A stretch of 20,000 bases of DNA from an uncultured virus (IMG/VR IMGVR_UViG_3300027278_000010). Lineage: Duplodnaviria; Heunggongvirae; Uroviricota; Caudoviricetes; Schitoviridae. The translations under genes and the position numbers were made by a program. The DNA is taken from the IMG/VR virus record IMGVR_UViG_3300027278_000010; one strand, 5' to 3'. The notes beneath the pieces are model-generated. The model was given only the letters and a program-made list of their open reading frames with translations. It was not told where the DNA came from and ran no database searches. This document shows, piece by piece, positions 6,321 to 15,199 of the stretch (position 1 is the stretch's first letter; the number at the start of each line of letters is the position of its first letter).

Positions 6321-6617
6321 ATGACAACTTCTCAACAGTTAGTCCAAGCAGCCCTCAATCGCCAACTTCCAAAGAAACAAATCGAAGCAAACTCTGTAAG
6401 TGGCTTAGTAAAAGCCGCTGTAAAGATCATCAAGAATGAAATCAAAGTGTCGGGCACTGACTACTTGATTGAACGTGTGGCGAACTACACAGACACCACC
6501 ATCACCAAACCAACACTCATGCGTTGGGTAAAGAGCGAAACTCATACGCCGCATCTCAGCAAGCTCAATGCTGTGCTGATTGCGTGCGGATACCAACTGT
6601 CGTTGGTGAAGAAGTAA
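6321..6617 (+). CDS. XRE/Cro-like helix-turn-helix protein
   Basis: AAGGAG RBS; IERVANYTDTTITKPTLMRWVKSETHTPHLSKLNAVLIACGYQL is an HTH-like pattern. Confidence 0.7.
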   Translation: MTTSQQLVQAALNRQLPKKQIEANSVSGLVKAAVKIIKNEIKVSGTDYLIERVANYTDTTITKPTLMRWVKSETHTPHLSKLNAVLIACGYQLSLVKK

Positions 6618-6799
6618 TGGGCCTCGGGCCAATAGTGAATGGGAAACAGCAACCCATCACTCCCTATAAAGGTTCATGGGCTGACTCCATGAACAAACAA
6701 GAACTCTGGGAAGCTGACCCAAACTGCAAACACGAGGTAAAACCAGCTCCAGGCGGTGGTGTGAAATGCACCAAATGCCGTGGCTGGTTTTGTTACTGA
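6617..6799 (+). CDS. Small Cys-rich (zinc-ribbon-like) protein, 60 aa
   Basis: TAATG coupling with the previous gene; DPNCKHEV...GGGVKCTKCRGWFCY. Confidence 0.75.
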   Translation: MGLGPIVNGKQQPITPYKGSWADSMNKQELWEADPNCKHEVKPAPGGGVKCTKCRGWFCY

Positions 6800-6800
6800 C

Positions 6801-7070
6801 ATGGCCCATTACCTCGTGTACTGGAGTTCAGGAAAGAGTGAGCCTCGTGCTTCTAATTGGTACACCTTGAATGGGGTAATCACTCACGCATCACCTGCTC
6901 TTAAAGAATGGCAAGGTGGTAGTCACAAAGCACTCGTGCGTTACTTGCATCGCCATGGCTATTCAATAATGCACATCAACAATCTGTGCGCTCCAACAAG
7001 CATCGCTTACCACAATCAGCTTAAAAGCTGTGTGGACAGTCTTCTTCAACTAATGAACGAAAGGAAATAA
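6801..7070 (+). CDS. Hypothetical protein, 89 aa
   Basis: ATG 1 nt after the previous stop; packed operon. Confidence 0.65.
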   Translation: MAHYLVYWSSGKSEPRASNWYTLNGVITHASPALKEWQGGSHKALVRYLHRHGYSIMHINNLCAPTSIAYHNQLKSCVDSLLQLMNERK

Positions 7071-7072
7071 CT

Positions 7073-7258
7073 ATGTACTACGGCGTATTAGCAACACTGA
7101 CTGCTTGGTTGATCATTCTTGTGATCAACATTGTATTGAGCCGCCCAAATGAACACATGAACTACCCGAAAGTTTACTTTCACTTAGTTGTGTTCATCAT
7201 CATAGGTATCGTCTTCGGTTCGTTTTACGAACTCTGGGCAGAGGTGCCTTATGAGTGA
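7073..7258 (+). CDS. Small membrane protein with two hydrophobic segments, 61 aa
   Basis: AAGGA RBS; two hydrophobic stretches. Confidence 0.75.
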   Translation: MYYGVLATLTAWLIILVINIVLSRPNEHMNYPKVYFHLVVFIIIGIVFGSFYELWAEVPYE

Positions 7259-7415
7259 CCCAACAAAACCCAAGTATCACTTGTTAAAAGGCACCGCAGC
7301 AGATGGTGCCAAAATTGCTGTGTGCGGTAAAACCGTACATGAACATTTAATCAGCAAAGATGCGGTCCTCGTATCTTGCTCCAATTGTCTCAAATGGATG
7401 ATCAAAAATGGCTAA
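7251..7415 (+). CDS. Small zinc-finger-like protein, 54 aa
   Basis: Not in the track. GAGGT RBS; MSDPTKPKYHLL...AVCGK...VSCSNCLKWMIKNG (H...C...CxxC). Confidence 0.7.
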   Translation: MSDPTKPKYHLLKGTAADGAKIAVCGKTVHEHLISKDAVLVSCSNCLKWMIKNG

Positions 7416-7791
7416 GCCAATCTTTGTATTCGGTTCAAACGAAGCAGGTATGCACGGTGCTGGCGCAGCCGCATTTGCATATAAGAACAAGGGTGCACGT
7501 TACGGTAAAGGCTACGGTCATCATGGTGATTCGTGGGCTATTCCAACCAAAGACATGGACATCATGACTTTGCCGCTTGACCGCATTAACGACTACGTGA
7601 CTGGCTTCCTTGCCTATGCACGTGGTCACCGCAAGCTGACATTCCAGGTCAGCTGCATCGGCTGTGGTCTGGCCGGTCTCAAGCATTCTGACATTGCACC
7701 GATGTTCAAGAACGCACCTGCCAACTGCCAATTCGATGAGAAATGGCGTCCTTATCTGGGCGATGCTTTCACCTACTGGGGAACCTTCTAA
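7408..7791 (+). CDS. Macrodomain-like protein (N4 gp14-like, 'IFVFGSN' family)
   Basis: IFVFGSNEAGMHGAGAA...WAIPTK...IGCGLAG resembles the macrodomain loops N-x(5-6)-GGG and IGCGIAG/IGTG. Confidence 0.75.
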   Translation: MAKPIFVFGSNEAGMHGAGAAAFAYKNKGARYGKGYGHHGDSWAIPTKDMDIMTLPLDRINDYVTGFLAYARGHRKLTFQVSCIGCGLAGLKHSDIAPMFKNAPANCQFDEKWRPYLGDAFTYWGTF

Positions 7792-7964
7792 TGGCCAGGT
7801 CTCCCAGAAGAGACCAAAAGCCAGAAGGCATTCCCTTATTGCAGCGCACGTCTTCCGGGCGTGTGGTGCTATTGCATGCCTTCTACGAAACACCCTGTTT
7901 TTACTGGTTTCGTGCATCGAAATTAGCCAAACAGTCCAAGCACTATCAGCTCACTCGTCTTTAG
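7791..7964 (+). CDS. Hypothetical basic protein, 57 aa
   Basis: TAATG coupling; MARSPRRDQKPEG... Confidence 0.55.
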   Translation: MARSPRRDQKPEGIPLLQRTSSGRVVLLHAFYETPCFYWFRASKLAKQSKHYQLTRL

Positions 7965-7976
7965 GAGAAAGCACTC

Positions 7977-8795
7977 ATGGCCAACATGAAACTGATCAAC
8001 CACCAACGTGAGTTGGAAAAGCTGTTCAACAAGAATCAGCTGATACCTCGTATCAAAGCTGAGTTTATGAACTGCACTGCATTCGACTTTGTTGAATACA
8101 TCCAAGACAACGGCATTCCTATTGCCTTTGGTCTTGATCTGCTTGTGCAGATGCAGCTTCACAAACGCATTCAGTTGCCGGCTCTAGTTGGCATCATGAA
8201 CAAACACTTTGACGATCCACAACAGACAACCGACATGCTGTACCACTGCATGAAGATTGACCTGCTGGATTGGCACAGTGACCTCAAGGTCTTCATCGTG
8301 AAGTTCACCATCTCGCAAGAGGTGCAGGATGAACTCGACCGTTTCCAATTCCCATTGCCAATGGTCGTGATGCCCAAGCTGGTCAAGTCAAACCGGGATA
8401 CCGGTTACTACACCAGTCTGGGTTCCATCATCCTCAAGAAGAACCATCACGACAACGATGTGTGTCTGGACCACATCAACCGCCTCAACAAAACCAAATT
8501 CGTCATCAACTCAGATGTAGCCAACATGGTTAAGAACCAATGGCGAAATCTGGACAAGGCGAAAGAAGGTGAAACAAGAGATGACTTTGAGAAGCGCAAA
8601 CGTGCTTTCGAGAAGTACGACCGCACCTCTCGTGATGTGATCAAACTGATCCAGCAAGAAGGTGAACACTTCCACCTGACTCACAAGTACGACAAGCGTG
8701 GCCGTACCTACTGTCAGGGCTACCACATCAACTACCAAGGTGCCCCTTGGAACAAAGCTGTCGTGCATTTTGCCGACGCTGAGGAAGTCGTATGA
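7977..8795 (+). CDS. RNA polymerase II subunit 1 (N4 gp15-like)
   Basis: AGGAG RBS; FQFPLPMVVMP...HKYDKRGRTYCQGYHINYQG contains the DxRGRxY motif of T7-like RNAPs. Confidence 0.97.
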   Translation: MANMKLINHQRELEKLFNKNQLIPRIKAEFMNCTAFDFVEYIQDNGIPIAFGLDLLVQMQLHKRIQLPALVGIMNKHFDDPQQTTDMLYHCMKIDLLDWHSDLKVFIVKFTISQEVQDELDRFQFPLPMVVMPKLVKSNRDTGYYTSLGSIILKKNHHDNDVCLDHINRLNKTKFVINSDVANMVKNQWRNLDKAKEGETRDDFEKRKRAFEKYDRTSRDVIKLIQQEGEHFHLTHKYDKRGRTYCQGYHINYQGAPWNKAVVHFADAEEVV

Positions 8796-8917
8796 GCGGA
8801 CGCTATCTCTACTGCCAGAACACAACATGCGGTGTGTACCTAGGATGCAGCGGTGGCGATAGCTGCTCGATCTGCGGATGGGTAGCTGGCCGCAACATGA
8901 ACGATGAGGAAGAGTGA
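8792..8917 (+). CDS. Small zinc-ribbon protein, 41 aa
   Basis: Not in the track. ATGA overlap; MSGRYLYCQNTTCGVYLGCSGGDSCSICGWVAGRNMNDEEE. Confidence 0.65.
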   Translation: MSGRYLYCQNTTCGVYLGCSGGDSCSICGWVAGRNMNDEEE

Positions 8918-9132
8918 TGACCAAGAAGAAAGTAATCCCGGTACATCTGGTGTCCTTTGGTATCTCCGTAACAGGGGATCTCGACATCCTTGAAGAGGAT
9001 GAAAAAGGACAGACAGTGAACTACATAACAGTCGGCTCTATGACCCCAGAGAGTCTCGACTACATCATTGAACAACTCCAGTCGATCAAGGCCAGTCTTG
9101 AAGACTGTCCTGTTCGTGCAACTCATCACTGA
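8917..9132 (+). CDS. Hypothetical protein, ~71 aa
   Basis: TGATG coupling; GAGGA RBS. Confidence 0.7.
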   Translation: MTKKKVIPVHLVSFGISVTGDLDILEEDEKGQTVNYITVGSMTPESLDYIIEQLQSIKASLEDCPVRATHH

Positions 9133-9140
9133 GGTGTGCC

Positions 9141-9407
9141 ATGAGCATGATTACTGTGAAACTGCATCAATACACCTATCAGGTATACCCTGAAAATGGT
9201 GTTGTCATGGCCAACGAACGCTCCGGCGATTGGTTGGTGAATGATGAGGCCACTAAGTTGCGTGTCTACGCAGCTTGGCATCGTCAACAAGGCACAGTTG
9301 GCAAAATGTTCAACGGCCACAGCTATGTAAAAGCCTTCGGCCATGTCATCAATCTGAAAACTGGCAAGCAAGTCACTGATCCCAACATTGTTGGTATGTT
9401 CAAGTGA
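9141..9407 (+). CDS. Hypothetical protein, 88 aa
   Basis: GAGGT RBS. Confidence 0.75.
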   Translation: MSMITVKLHQYTYQVYPENGVVMANERSGDWLVNDEATKLRVYAAWHRQQGTVGKMFNGHSYVKAFGHVINLKTGKQVTDPNIVGMFK

Positions 9408-9556
9408 ACGCTGAAGAGCTTTACCAAGAGATGAAGGATGCTCTGGCCTACTTTGGACTGAGCTTCCATTCAAAAGACCATGTAACAGTGTCCATTGATG
9501 GTAACAAACTGGTCTTCGCCTATAACAATCGTTACGTCGTTGTAACCATACCCTAA
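9404..9556 (+). CDS. Hypothetical protein, 50 aa
   Basis: Not in the track. GTGA overlap; MNAEELYQEMKDALAYFGLSFHSKDHVTVSIDGNKLVFAYNNRYVVVTIP. Confidence 0.6.
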   Translation: MNAEELYQEMKDALAYFGLSFHSKDHVTVSIDGNKLVFAYNNRYVVVTIP

Positions 9557-9583
9557 TTAGAAATAACTTCTAAGGAGCACACG

Positions 9584-10780
9584 ATGCAGAAGTTCACTGG
9601 TAAGCAATACCTACAGATCGACGTAGCATCCAACTTCGGTCTGGACAAAGAAGAGTGGAACACTCGCCTTGCCTGGTTTGAGGCACATGAGCCTCACCTT
9701 GAAGGCATGCTTGATAAAGCAAAAGAGCCTGCTCTGTACTTCGCAGCTGTCCAAGCCTGGCGTGCTGTGCAACGTGGTGAGCCTACTGGCTACCCAATAT
9801 CCCTTGATGCCACAGCAAGTGGCCTGCAAATCCTCGCTGCACTCACAGGTGACCGTAAGGCAGCTGAGCTGTGCAACGTAGTCTCCACAGGCAAGCGTGA
9901 AGACGCCTACACCAACATCTACAACTACATGCTGGACAAGATTCAAGGCGTAGCCATGGTATCTCGTGACCAAGCGAAAGAGGCTGTCATGACTTCCCTG
10001 TATGGCTCAGAAGCTGTACCAAAGCGGGTATTCGGCACGAGTAACCTGCTGGCTACCTTCTTTGAGACAATGGAAACACTCGCACCTGCTGCATGGGAAT
10101 TGAACCAAGCCTTCCTGACTATGTGGAACCCTGAAGCCCTGTCGCATGACTGGGTGCTTCCAGATAACTTCCACGTTCACGTCAAGGTCATGACCCAAGA
10201 GAAACACGTAGTTCACTTCAAGGATGAGCCGTTCGACATCTTCCTGGATGTCAACGCTCCAACAGACAACGGGCGTTCCCTAGGAGCCAATGCCACTCAC
10301 TCTGTTGATGGCATGATCGTTCGTGAAATGAACCGTCGCTGCAATTACAACCCGGCTCGGGTGCAACAAGTGCGTGACGCTCTCAATGACATTGACAGCT
10401 CTGCTACCGACGAAGAAGACGAGGAAATGGTTGCTATCCTCTGGAACCATTACGAGCAATCAGGCTACCTGTCTGCCCGTATCCTCGACCATCTTGGTTG
10501 GGAAAACATCCACTATGTTCGACCAGAAGTAATCTGGGAACTCATCAACAGCTTGCCTGCCAAGCCATTTGAAGTGATCTCAGTGCACGACTGCTTCCGT
10601 TGCTTGGCCAATTATGGAAACGATCTTCGTATCCAGTACAACATCCAACTGATGTTGTTGGCCAAGTCCAACTTGCTCGGTTACTTGATCTCCCAAATTA
10701 TGGGAAGAAAAGTCAGCATTGGTAAGCTGGACCCAACACTTTACAACGACATCATGGATACAGACTACGCACTGTCGTAA
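9584..10780 (+). CDS. RNA polymerase II subunit 2 (N4 gp16-like, catalytic)
   Basis: Motif A PISLDATASGLQ, motif B RDQAKEAVMTSLYGS, ANATHSVDG, motif C SVHDCF. Confidence 0.98.
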   Translation: MQKFTGKQYLQIDVASNFGLDKEEWNTRLAWFEAHEPHLEGMLDKAKEPALYFAAVQAWRAVQRGEPTGYPISLDATASGLQILAALTGDRKAAELCNVVSTGKREDAYTNIYNYMLDKIQGVAMVSRDQAKEAVMTSLYGSEAVPKRVFGTSNLLATFFETMETLAPAAWELNQAFLTMWNPEALSHDWVLPDNFHVHVKVMTQEKHVVHFKDEPFDIFLDVNAPTDNGRSLGANATHSVDGMIVREMNRRCNYNPARVQQVRDALNDIDSSATDEEDEEMVAILWNHYEQSGYLSARILDHLGWENIHYVRPEVIWELINSLPAKPFEVISVHDCFRCLANYGNDLRIQYNIQLMLLAKSNLLGYLISQIMGRKVSIGKLDPTLYNDIMDTDYALS

Positions 10781-10786
10781 CATCAT

Positions 10787-10819
10787 GGAGACTAGCCTTT
10801 GGCTGGTCTCCTATTTTTT
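10787..10819 (+). terminator. Rho-independent terminator
   Basis: GGAGACTAGCC-TTT-GGCTGGTCTCC-TATTTTTT. Confidence 0.85.
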
Positions 10820-10838
10820 CCCGTCAGAGGATACACAA

Positions 10839-11321
10839 ATGAATTATCAGGTTGCATTCAACCCAACCACCAAGGTTGCCAAAGTTCAAACCAAAGGCGA
10901 TGCCGCAGGCGCTGGCTTCAGTGTTATCGGTGAGTTTGCTCATGGTGACCCTGATCCACTGGGCCACACCCATAATCATGTGATGTATCACCATGTTCGT
11001 GATGCCCTGTACAAGATCAATGTCTTAGACATGCAAAGCGTCGATATCCAACTCGATAGCGAGTACATCGCACTGACTGGCATCTCCTCGCTACCGGCGA
11101 CAGTCAACCTGGCCAACGGTGCTACCCAACAGATCGCCAACACCTTCACCCCAGCTAACGCCTCCAACCAAGGCGTGACCTACTCCACCACCAACGCAGC
11201 TATTGCTTCTGTGAGTGCGAGCGGCCTGATCACCGCAGGTGCAACTGACGGCGTAGCCACCATCACTGTCACCAGTGCCGATGGTGCTCGTACCGACACC
11301 GTAGTGGTGACCGTAGCTTGA
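10839..11321 (+). CDS. Ig-like (Big_2) domain protein, probable capsid decoration protein (N4 gp17 position)
   Basis: GAGGA RBS then ATG 10839; C-terminal ...FTPANASNQGVTYSTTNAAIASVSASGLITA...GVATITVTSADG is a Big_2 domain; follows gp16 as in N4. Confidence 0.85.
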   Translation: MNYQVAFNPTTKVAKVQTKGDAAGAGFSVIGEFAHGDPDPLGHTHNHVMYHHVRDALYKINVLDMQSVDIQLDSEYIALTGISSLPATVNLANGATQQIANTFTPANASNQGVTYSTTNAAIASVSASGLITAGATDGVATITVTSADGARTDTVVVTVA

Positions 11322-11358
11322 TTTAATCTCAGCCCTTCTTTGGGTTGATTGACCACTT

Positions 11359-11384
11359 AAACCCATCCTAGTGATGGGTTTTTT
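11359..11384 (+). terminator. Rho-independent terminator
   Basis: AAACCCATC-CTAGT-GATGGGTTT-TTT. Confidence 0.8.
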
Positions 11385-11409
11385 ATTTCTAAAACATGGA
11401 GTTATCCGC

Positions 11410-12243
11410 ATGACTGCAAAACAGCTATTCCGTGGTAACAGCGACAAAGTTTGCCCTGAAAACTCCCATCTTCGTGTAACGGAAGAAGGCAACATCATCT
11501 TTCCGTCACAGGAACTGATTCATTCCCAACTGACGCACATCGTCAGTGTGTTCAAGGAAAGCGAAGCTAAAATCCGGCCACACAGTCACCTGACTGGACC
11601 CAGTGGCTCCGGTAAAAGCTTCCTGCTCAAGATGATCTCCAAAGAACAGCGTATCCCCTTCATTGAAGTGAACGCTGCTGGCCTGACCTCTGAAGGTCTC
11701 TCCGGCAACTCACTGTCGAAGGCACTACGACCTCTACGAGAGCACTGGAACGAGCCAAACATTATCTTCGTGGATGAGTTCGATAAGTTGTTTCTCCGCA
11801 ATGGGGAAACCACAGAAGGATTCCGCTCAGCAGTTCAGGACGAGTTCCTGACCAGCCTCGAAAGTAAGTACACCAGCGTGTTCACCGATTACGGTAAATA
11901 CGATCCAGTGGTCGTAGAGAACAGTCTGTTCATCTTCGCCGGTGCGTACTCCAACCAGAAAATCACCACCATGCAAGAACTCAAAGCTGCGGGCTTACGC
12001 ACTGAGTTTGTTGGTCGTGTGCCCTTGGTGTTCGCAACCGAAGAAGTCGCCCTGGAAGAGCTGATCGCAGTTATTCCCACCATTGACCTCTTTGTGCAGT
12101 ACCGCAAATTGTTCAATAAAAACAAGGTATCCCGCGACGTAAACGGGATTATCGAACTGCTTCGTGTTCAGAACGAAGAAGCCAAAATTGGCATTCGCTT
12201 GCTGAACTCGTGCATCCATCAACATTTCATGAAAGTGAAGTGA
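11410..12243 (+). CDS. Minimal ClpX/HslU-like AAA+ ATPase
   Basis: GGAG RBS then ATG 11410; Walker A GPSGSGKS, Walker B IIFVDEFDK, LFIFAGAY, GLRTEFVGRVP (Arg finger), GIRLL (sensor 2). Confidence 0.88.
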   Translation: MTAKQLFRGNSDKVCPENSHLRVTEEGNIIFPSQELIHSQLTHIVSVFKESEAKIRPHSHLTGPSGSGKSFLLKMISKEQRIPFIEVNAAGLTSEGLSGNSLSKALRPLREHWNEPNIIFVDEFDKLFLRNGETTEGFRSAVQDEFLTSLESKYTSVFTDYGKYDPVVVENSLFIFAGAYSNQKITTMQELKAAGLRTEFVGRVPLVFATEEVALEELIAVIPTIDLFVQYRKLFNKNKVSRDVNGIIELLRVQNEEAKIGIRLLNSCIHQHFMKVK

Positions 12244-12298
12244 GCCTTATCCGTGGGTACTGGCTGCGTCGCTACTTCTGTAAAAAGGGAGTCAAACT

Positions 12299-12823
12299 GT
12301 GACTGAGAAATACAAAGGGGTGCCTCGTGTTCGCATGACGCTAACCCCAGCGATCCAAAACCGGGTTCTTCACCAGCTGAGCACAGCATTTGGTATCCAG
12401 GAATCTTGGGATCGGGTGCATGAAATCACCTGCTACTCAAGCGACTTTGGGCATTTCATGTCCCTGCTTGCAAAGATGGATAGCCCACCGACCTTGAAGC
12501 AACTGAAGGTTGAATACGTGGATATCCGTAAGGACATCAAGCGTACTTCGGTACATCAGCGTCCCCTCAACTGGGAAGCTTTCCAGAAAGAAGACGATGA
12601 GCTTCCTGTAGAACCAGCGGTAGTAAATGCCTCGTTCCCCGTAGATTATCGGTCAGATGCCGTGAACTTCGGGGATGCTCTCAATGAAGCAGGATGGATA
12701 TTCTCCAATGAATGTCCTGAAAAAAGTGCCACGTTGTTTAACAACATCAAAGCACCACTACGTCTGGCAATCCTGAAATACCTGGATGAGGTAGACAAGA
12801 AAAATGCTGCTGCTAGAGCCTGA
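12299..12823 (+). CDS. Hypothetical protein, 174 aa
   Basis: GGGAG RBS then GTG. Confidence 0.8.
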   Translation: MTEKYKGVPRVRMTLTPAIQNRVLHQLSTAFGIQESWDRVHEITCYSSDFGHFMSLLAKMDSPPTLKQLKVEYVDIRKDIKRTSVHQRPLNWEAFQKEDDELPVEPAVVNASFPVDYRSDAVNFGDALNEAGWIFSNECPEKSATLFNNIKAPLRLAILKYLDEVDKKNAAARA

Positions 12824-13193
12824 TCCCCTTGGGATGGCGGTAGACAGCGACAGAAGGGACCAGGTGATAAAGCGAATTTATGAGCGCGTTGTCATCCAAG
12901 ATTTGGGCTGTGTGATTGATCACCAGCCTAGCCCCTGCCACATCTGGACCGGTCCTGATTCGGGTACTGGTCGAGGTGGGGGATACGGTCGAATGTCCCT
13001 AAACAGCCAAACGGTAGCCGTTCATTTGGTTGTGTTTACCCATTACTACGGCTACATCCCCGGTAAAAAGCAGGTAGATCATTGGTGCAATAACCGCCTC
13101 TGCTGCAACCCTGCACATCTTGAACTTGTCAGCCACATCAAAAATCAGAAACGGCGAGCATTGCGAGCCAAAGGAGATACCCGTGTCCAATAA
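12804..13193 (+). CDS. HNH endonuclease (N4 gp22-like)
   Basis: CHIWTG...GYGRM...VAVHLV...VDHWCNNRLCCNPAHLELVSHIKN. Confidence 0.9.
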   Translation: MLLLEPDPLGMAVDSDRRDQVIKRIYERVVIQDLGCVIDHQPSPCHIWTGPDSGTGRGGGYGRMSLNSQTVAVHLVVFTHYYGYIPGKKQVDHWCNNRLCCNPAHLELVSHIKNQKRRALRAKGDTRVQ

Positions 13194-15192
13194 ATTCCCT
13201 CTGTTTGCCGCACAAGTGACAAAGAACTTCGTTGCTATGAATAGCAATGAGTTGTTCACCATCGGTGTCGAAAAAGACCTCATCTGGGACCACTACCTGA
13301 AGTCTTTCCCTGAAGGCACCAACCCGGTGTTCCGTGTTAATACGGAGCATGACGGCAGCTACGACCGTAATTTCATCAAGAACATTGGTCGCTTGGTAAC
13401 CATCACCGACAGCAATACGCTGGTTTCGGTATGGGAAAACTGCCAAGACATGCCCTACCCGTACAACGTGGTAGCCGAGCAAATGGACAAGTTCGTCAAG
13501 AGCTTTGCCATTGCTGACCTGTTCCGCACCAAAGAACAGCGTTACGGTTCTCTCCCAACCAAAGAGTTCCTGCAAGATGGCGTCGGTGCAATCACCTGGA
13601 CCCACTTCTATGGTGCAGTGCCTGCTCGCTTTGTGAGCAAAACACCGGCCAGCATCATGGGCAACTACAAGACTGCGGTTCACGTCTTCCAACGTGGTCT
13701 GGTTGAGTTGGCCAGCGAGGCTCTTCAAACAGTCCTCGATCTGATTTCCAATAACAACCTCTACCGTGGTGACGAATTTGAAGCTGCAATCTTCAGCTTC
13801 GCCTCCATGCAGCGTACTTACTCGGCACCCCAAACCGACGAAGAACGCAACATCTTCGTGTGGAAATACGCCTGCGATCCTGCAAGCCGTTTCCGTAACA
13901 CTGCCATCGGCACCCTGATCCAAGACCTTTCCGAAGGTGTTGAGTTGGAAGCTGCTGTGCGTATGTACGAAGCCAAGGTGGCACCGGCCAACTACAAGCG
14001 TCCAACTGCGTTGATCACGCCAAGCATGATCACTGCCGGCCTTAAAAAGCTGGATGAGCTGGGCCTAAGCAATGCTGTTTACCGTCGTGCTGCCAACATC
14101 AAAGACCTGACCATCAACAATGTGTTGTGGGCCAGCTCTCCGGCTGAAAAGGCCATGCGTAGCGACCTGGAGCAAAGCCTCCTGTCTTCTTCACAGGTGA
14201 AGGCTCCTAAGCCTGTGAAAGCTACCGGCGACAACATCGGCATTGACGTGTTTATGCGTGATGTGGTGCCAACGGCTATGACGATGGAACTGCTGTTCAA
14301 AAACAGCCTGAAGCCCAATCTGGTAAGCCTGACAGCCCCGGCTGAACCAAGTGAAGCACCAACCGGCCTGTTCGCTTGGAACAACGATTTCGCCTGGTCG
14401 TACATCGGTAACCTCACCGATTCCATCAAGGAAAAAGTGAAGCGTGCCGGTGGTAACACTGAGGCCAAACTGCGTGTATCGCTGGCTTGGTCGAACGCTG
14501 ATGACCTGGATATTCACTGTGACTGCCCTGACGGTCAGATTTACTTCGGCAACAAAATGGGCATTCTCGACGTTGATATGAACGCCGGTGGTGTTCAGAA
14601 CGCAACTGACCCGGTTGAAAACCTGAGCTGGTCAAAACCACGCGATGGCCAGTACACCGTCAACATCAACCAGTACAACCAACGCAGCATGGACAATGTT
14701 GGTTTCCAAGTGGAACTGGAATTTGATGGCCAAGTGCACCTCTTCAGCCACCCACGGGCAGCTGTAGGCAACAAACGTGTTCTGACCTTCAAGATCGTCA
14801 AGGGTGAGATCACGGACATCAAATCTGAGCTGGAAAGCTCCAGCACCAGCAAAGAAGTCTGGAGCATCAAGACTGAAACCTTGGTTCCGGTGTCGGCCTT
14901 GATGTACAGCCCAAATCATTGGGATGAGAACCAAGTGGGTAACAAGCACTGGTTCTTCATGCTGGAAGGTTGCTTCAACAACGAGCCAATTCGCGGTATT
15001 TACAACGAATACCTGAACAACAAGCTCAACGAACACCGCAAGGTGTTTGAGGTTCTGGGCAGCAAGACGATGTGTCCTGTAGTACCAGACCAACTCAACG
15101 GTGTCGGCTTCTCCTCTACCAAAGAGGGTGTGGTCACCATCAAAGTGGCTAGCTATTCCGGCGAAGTCAAAACATACAACGTGCAATTCTGA
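13183..15192 (+). CDS. Large conserved phage protein (669 aa) with a YfaP/DUF2135-like domain
   Basis: AAGGAG RBS then GTG 13183; LRVSLAWSNADDLDIHCDCPDG...LDVDMN...PVENLSW...GQYTVNINQY. Confidence 0.85.
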   Translation: MSNKFPLFAAQVTKNFVAMNSNELFTIGVEKDLIWDHYLKSFPEGTNPVFRVNTEHDGSYDRNFIKNIGRLVTITDSNTLVSVWENCQDMPYPYNVVAEQMDKFVKSFAIADLFRTKEQRYGSLPTKEFLQDGVGAITWTHFYGAVPARFVSKTPASIMGNYKTAVHVFQRGLVELASEALQTVLDLISNNNLYRGDEFEAAIFSFASMQRTYSAPQTDEERNIFVWKYACDPASRFRNTAIGTLIQDLSEGVELEAAVRMYEAKVAPANYKRPTALITPSMITAGLKKLDELGLSNAVYRRAANIKDLTINNVLWASSPAEKAMRSDLEQSLLSSSQVKAPKPVKATGDNIGIDVFMRDVVPTAMTMELLFKNSLKPNLVSLTAPAEPSEAPTGLFAWNNDFAWSYIGNLTDSIKEKVKRAGGNTEAKLRVSLAWSNADDLDIHCDCPDGQIYFGNKMGILDVDMNAGGVQNATDPVENLSWSKPRDGQYTVNINQYNQRSMDNVGFQVELEFDGQVHLFSHPRAAVGNKRVLTFKIVKGEITDIKSELESSSTSKEVWSIKTETLVPVSALMYSPNHWDENQVGNKHWFFMLEGCFNNEPIRGIYNEYLNNKLNEHRKVFEVLGSKTMCPVVPDQLNGVGFSSTKEGVVTIKVASYSGEVKTYNVQF

Positions 15193-15199
15193 GGTCAGC

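Noticed and set aside
6251..6439. 62-aa ORF overlapping the HTH gene
   Set aside because: No good RBS and it overlaps the better-supported 6321..6617 gene out of frame.
7977..10780. Split RNAP as a pseudogene or frameshift
   Set aside because: A heterodimeric RNAP II is normal for N4-like phages, and both halves have RBSs and intact motifs.
12804..13193. HNH gene as an intron-encoded mobile element
   Set aside because: It is free-standing at a position conserved in N4-like phages; the flanking genes are not interrupted.
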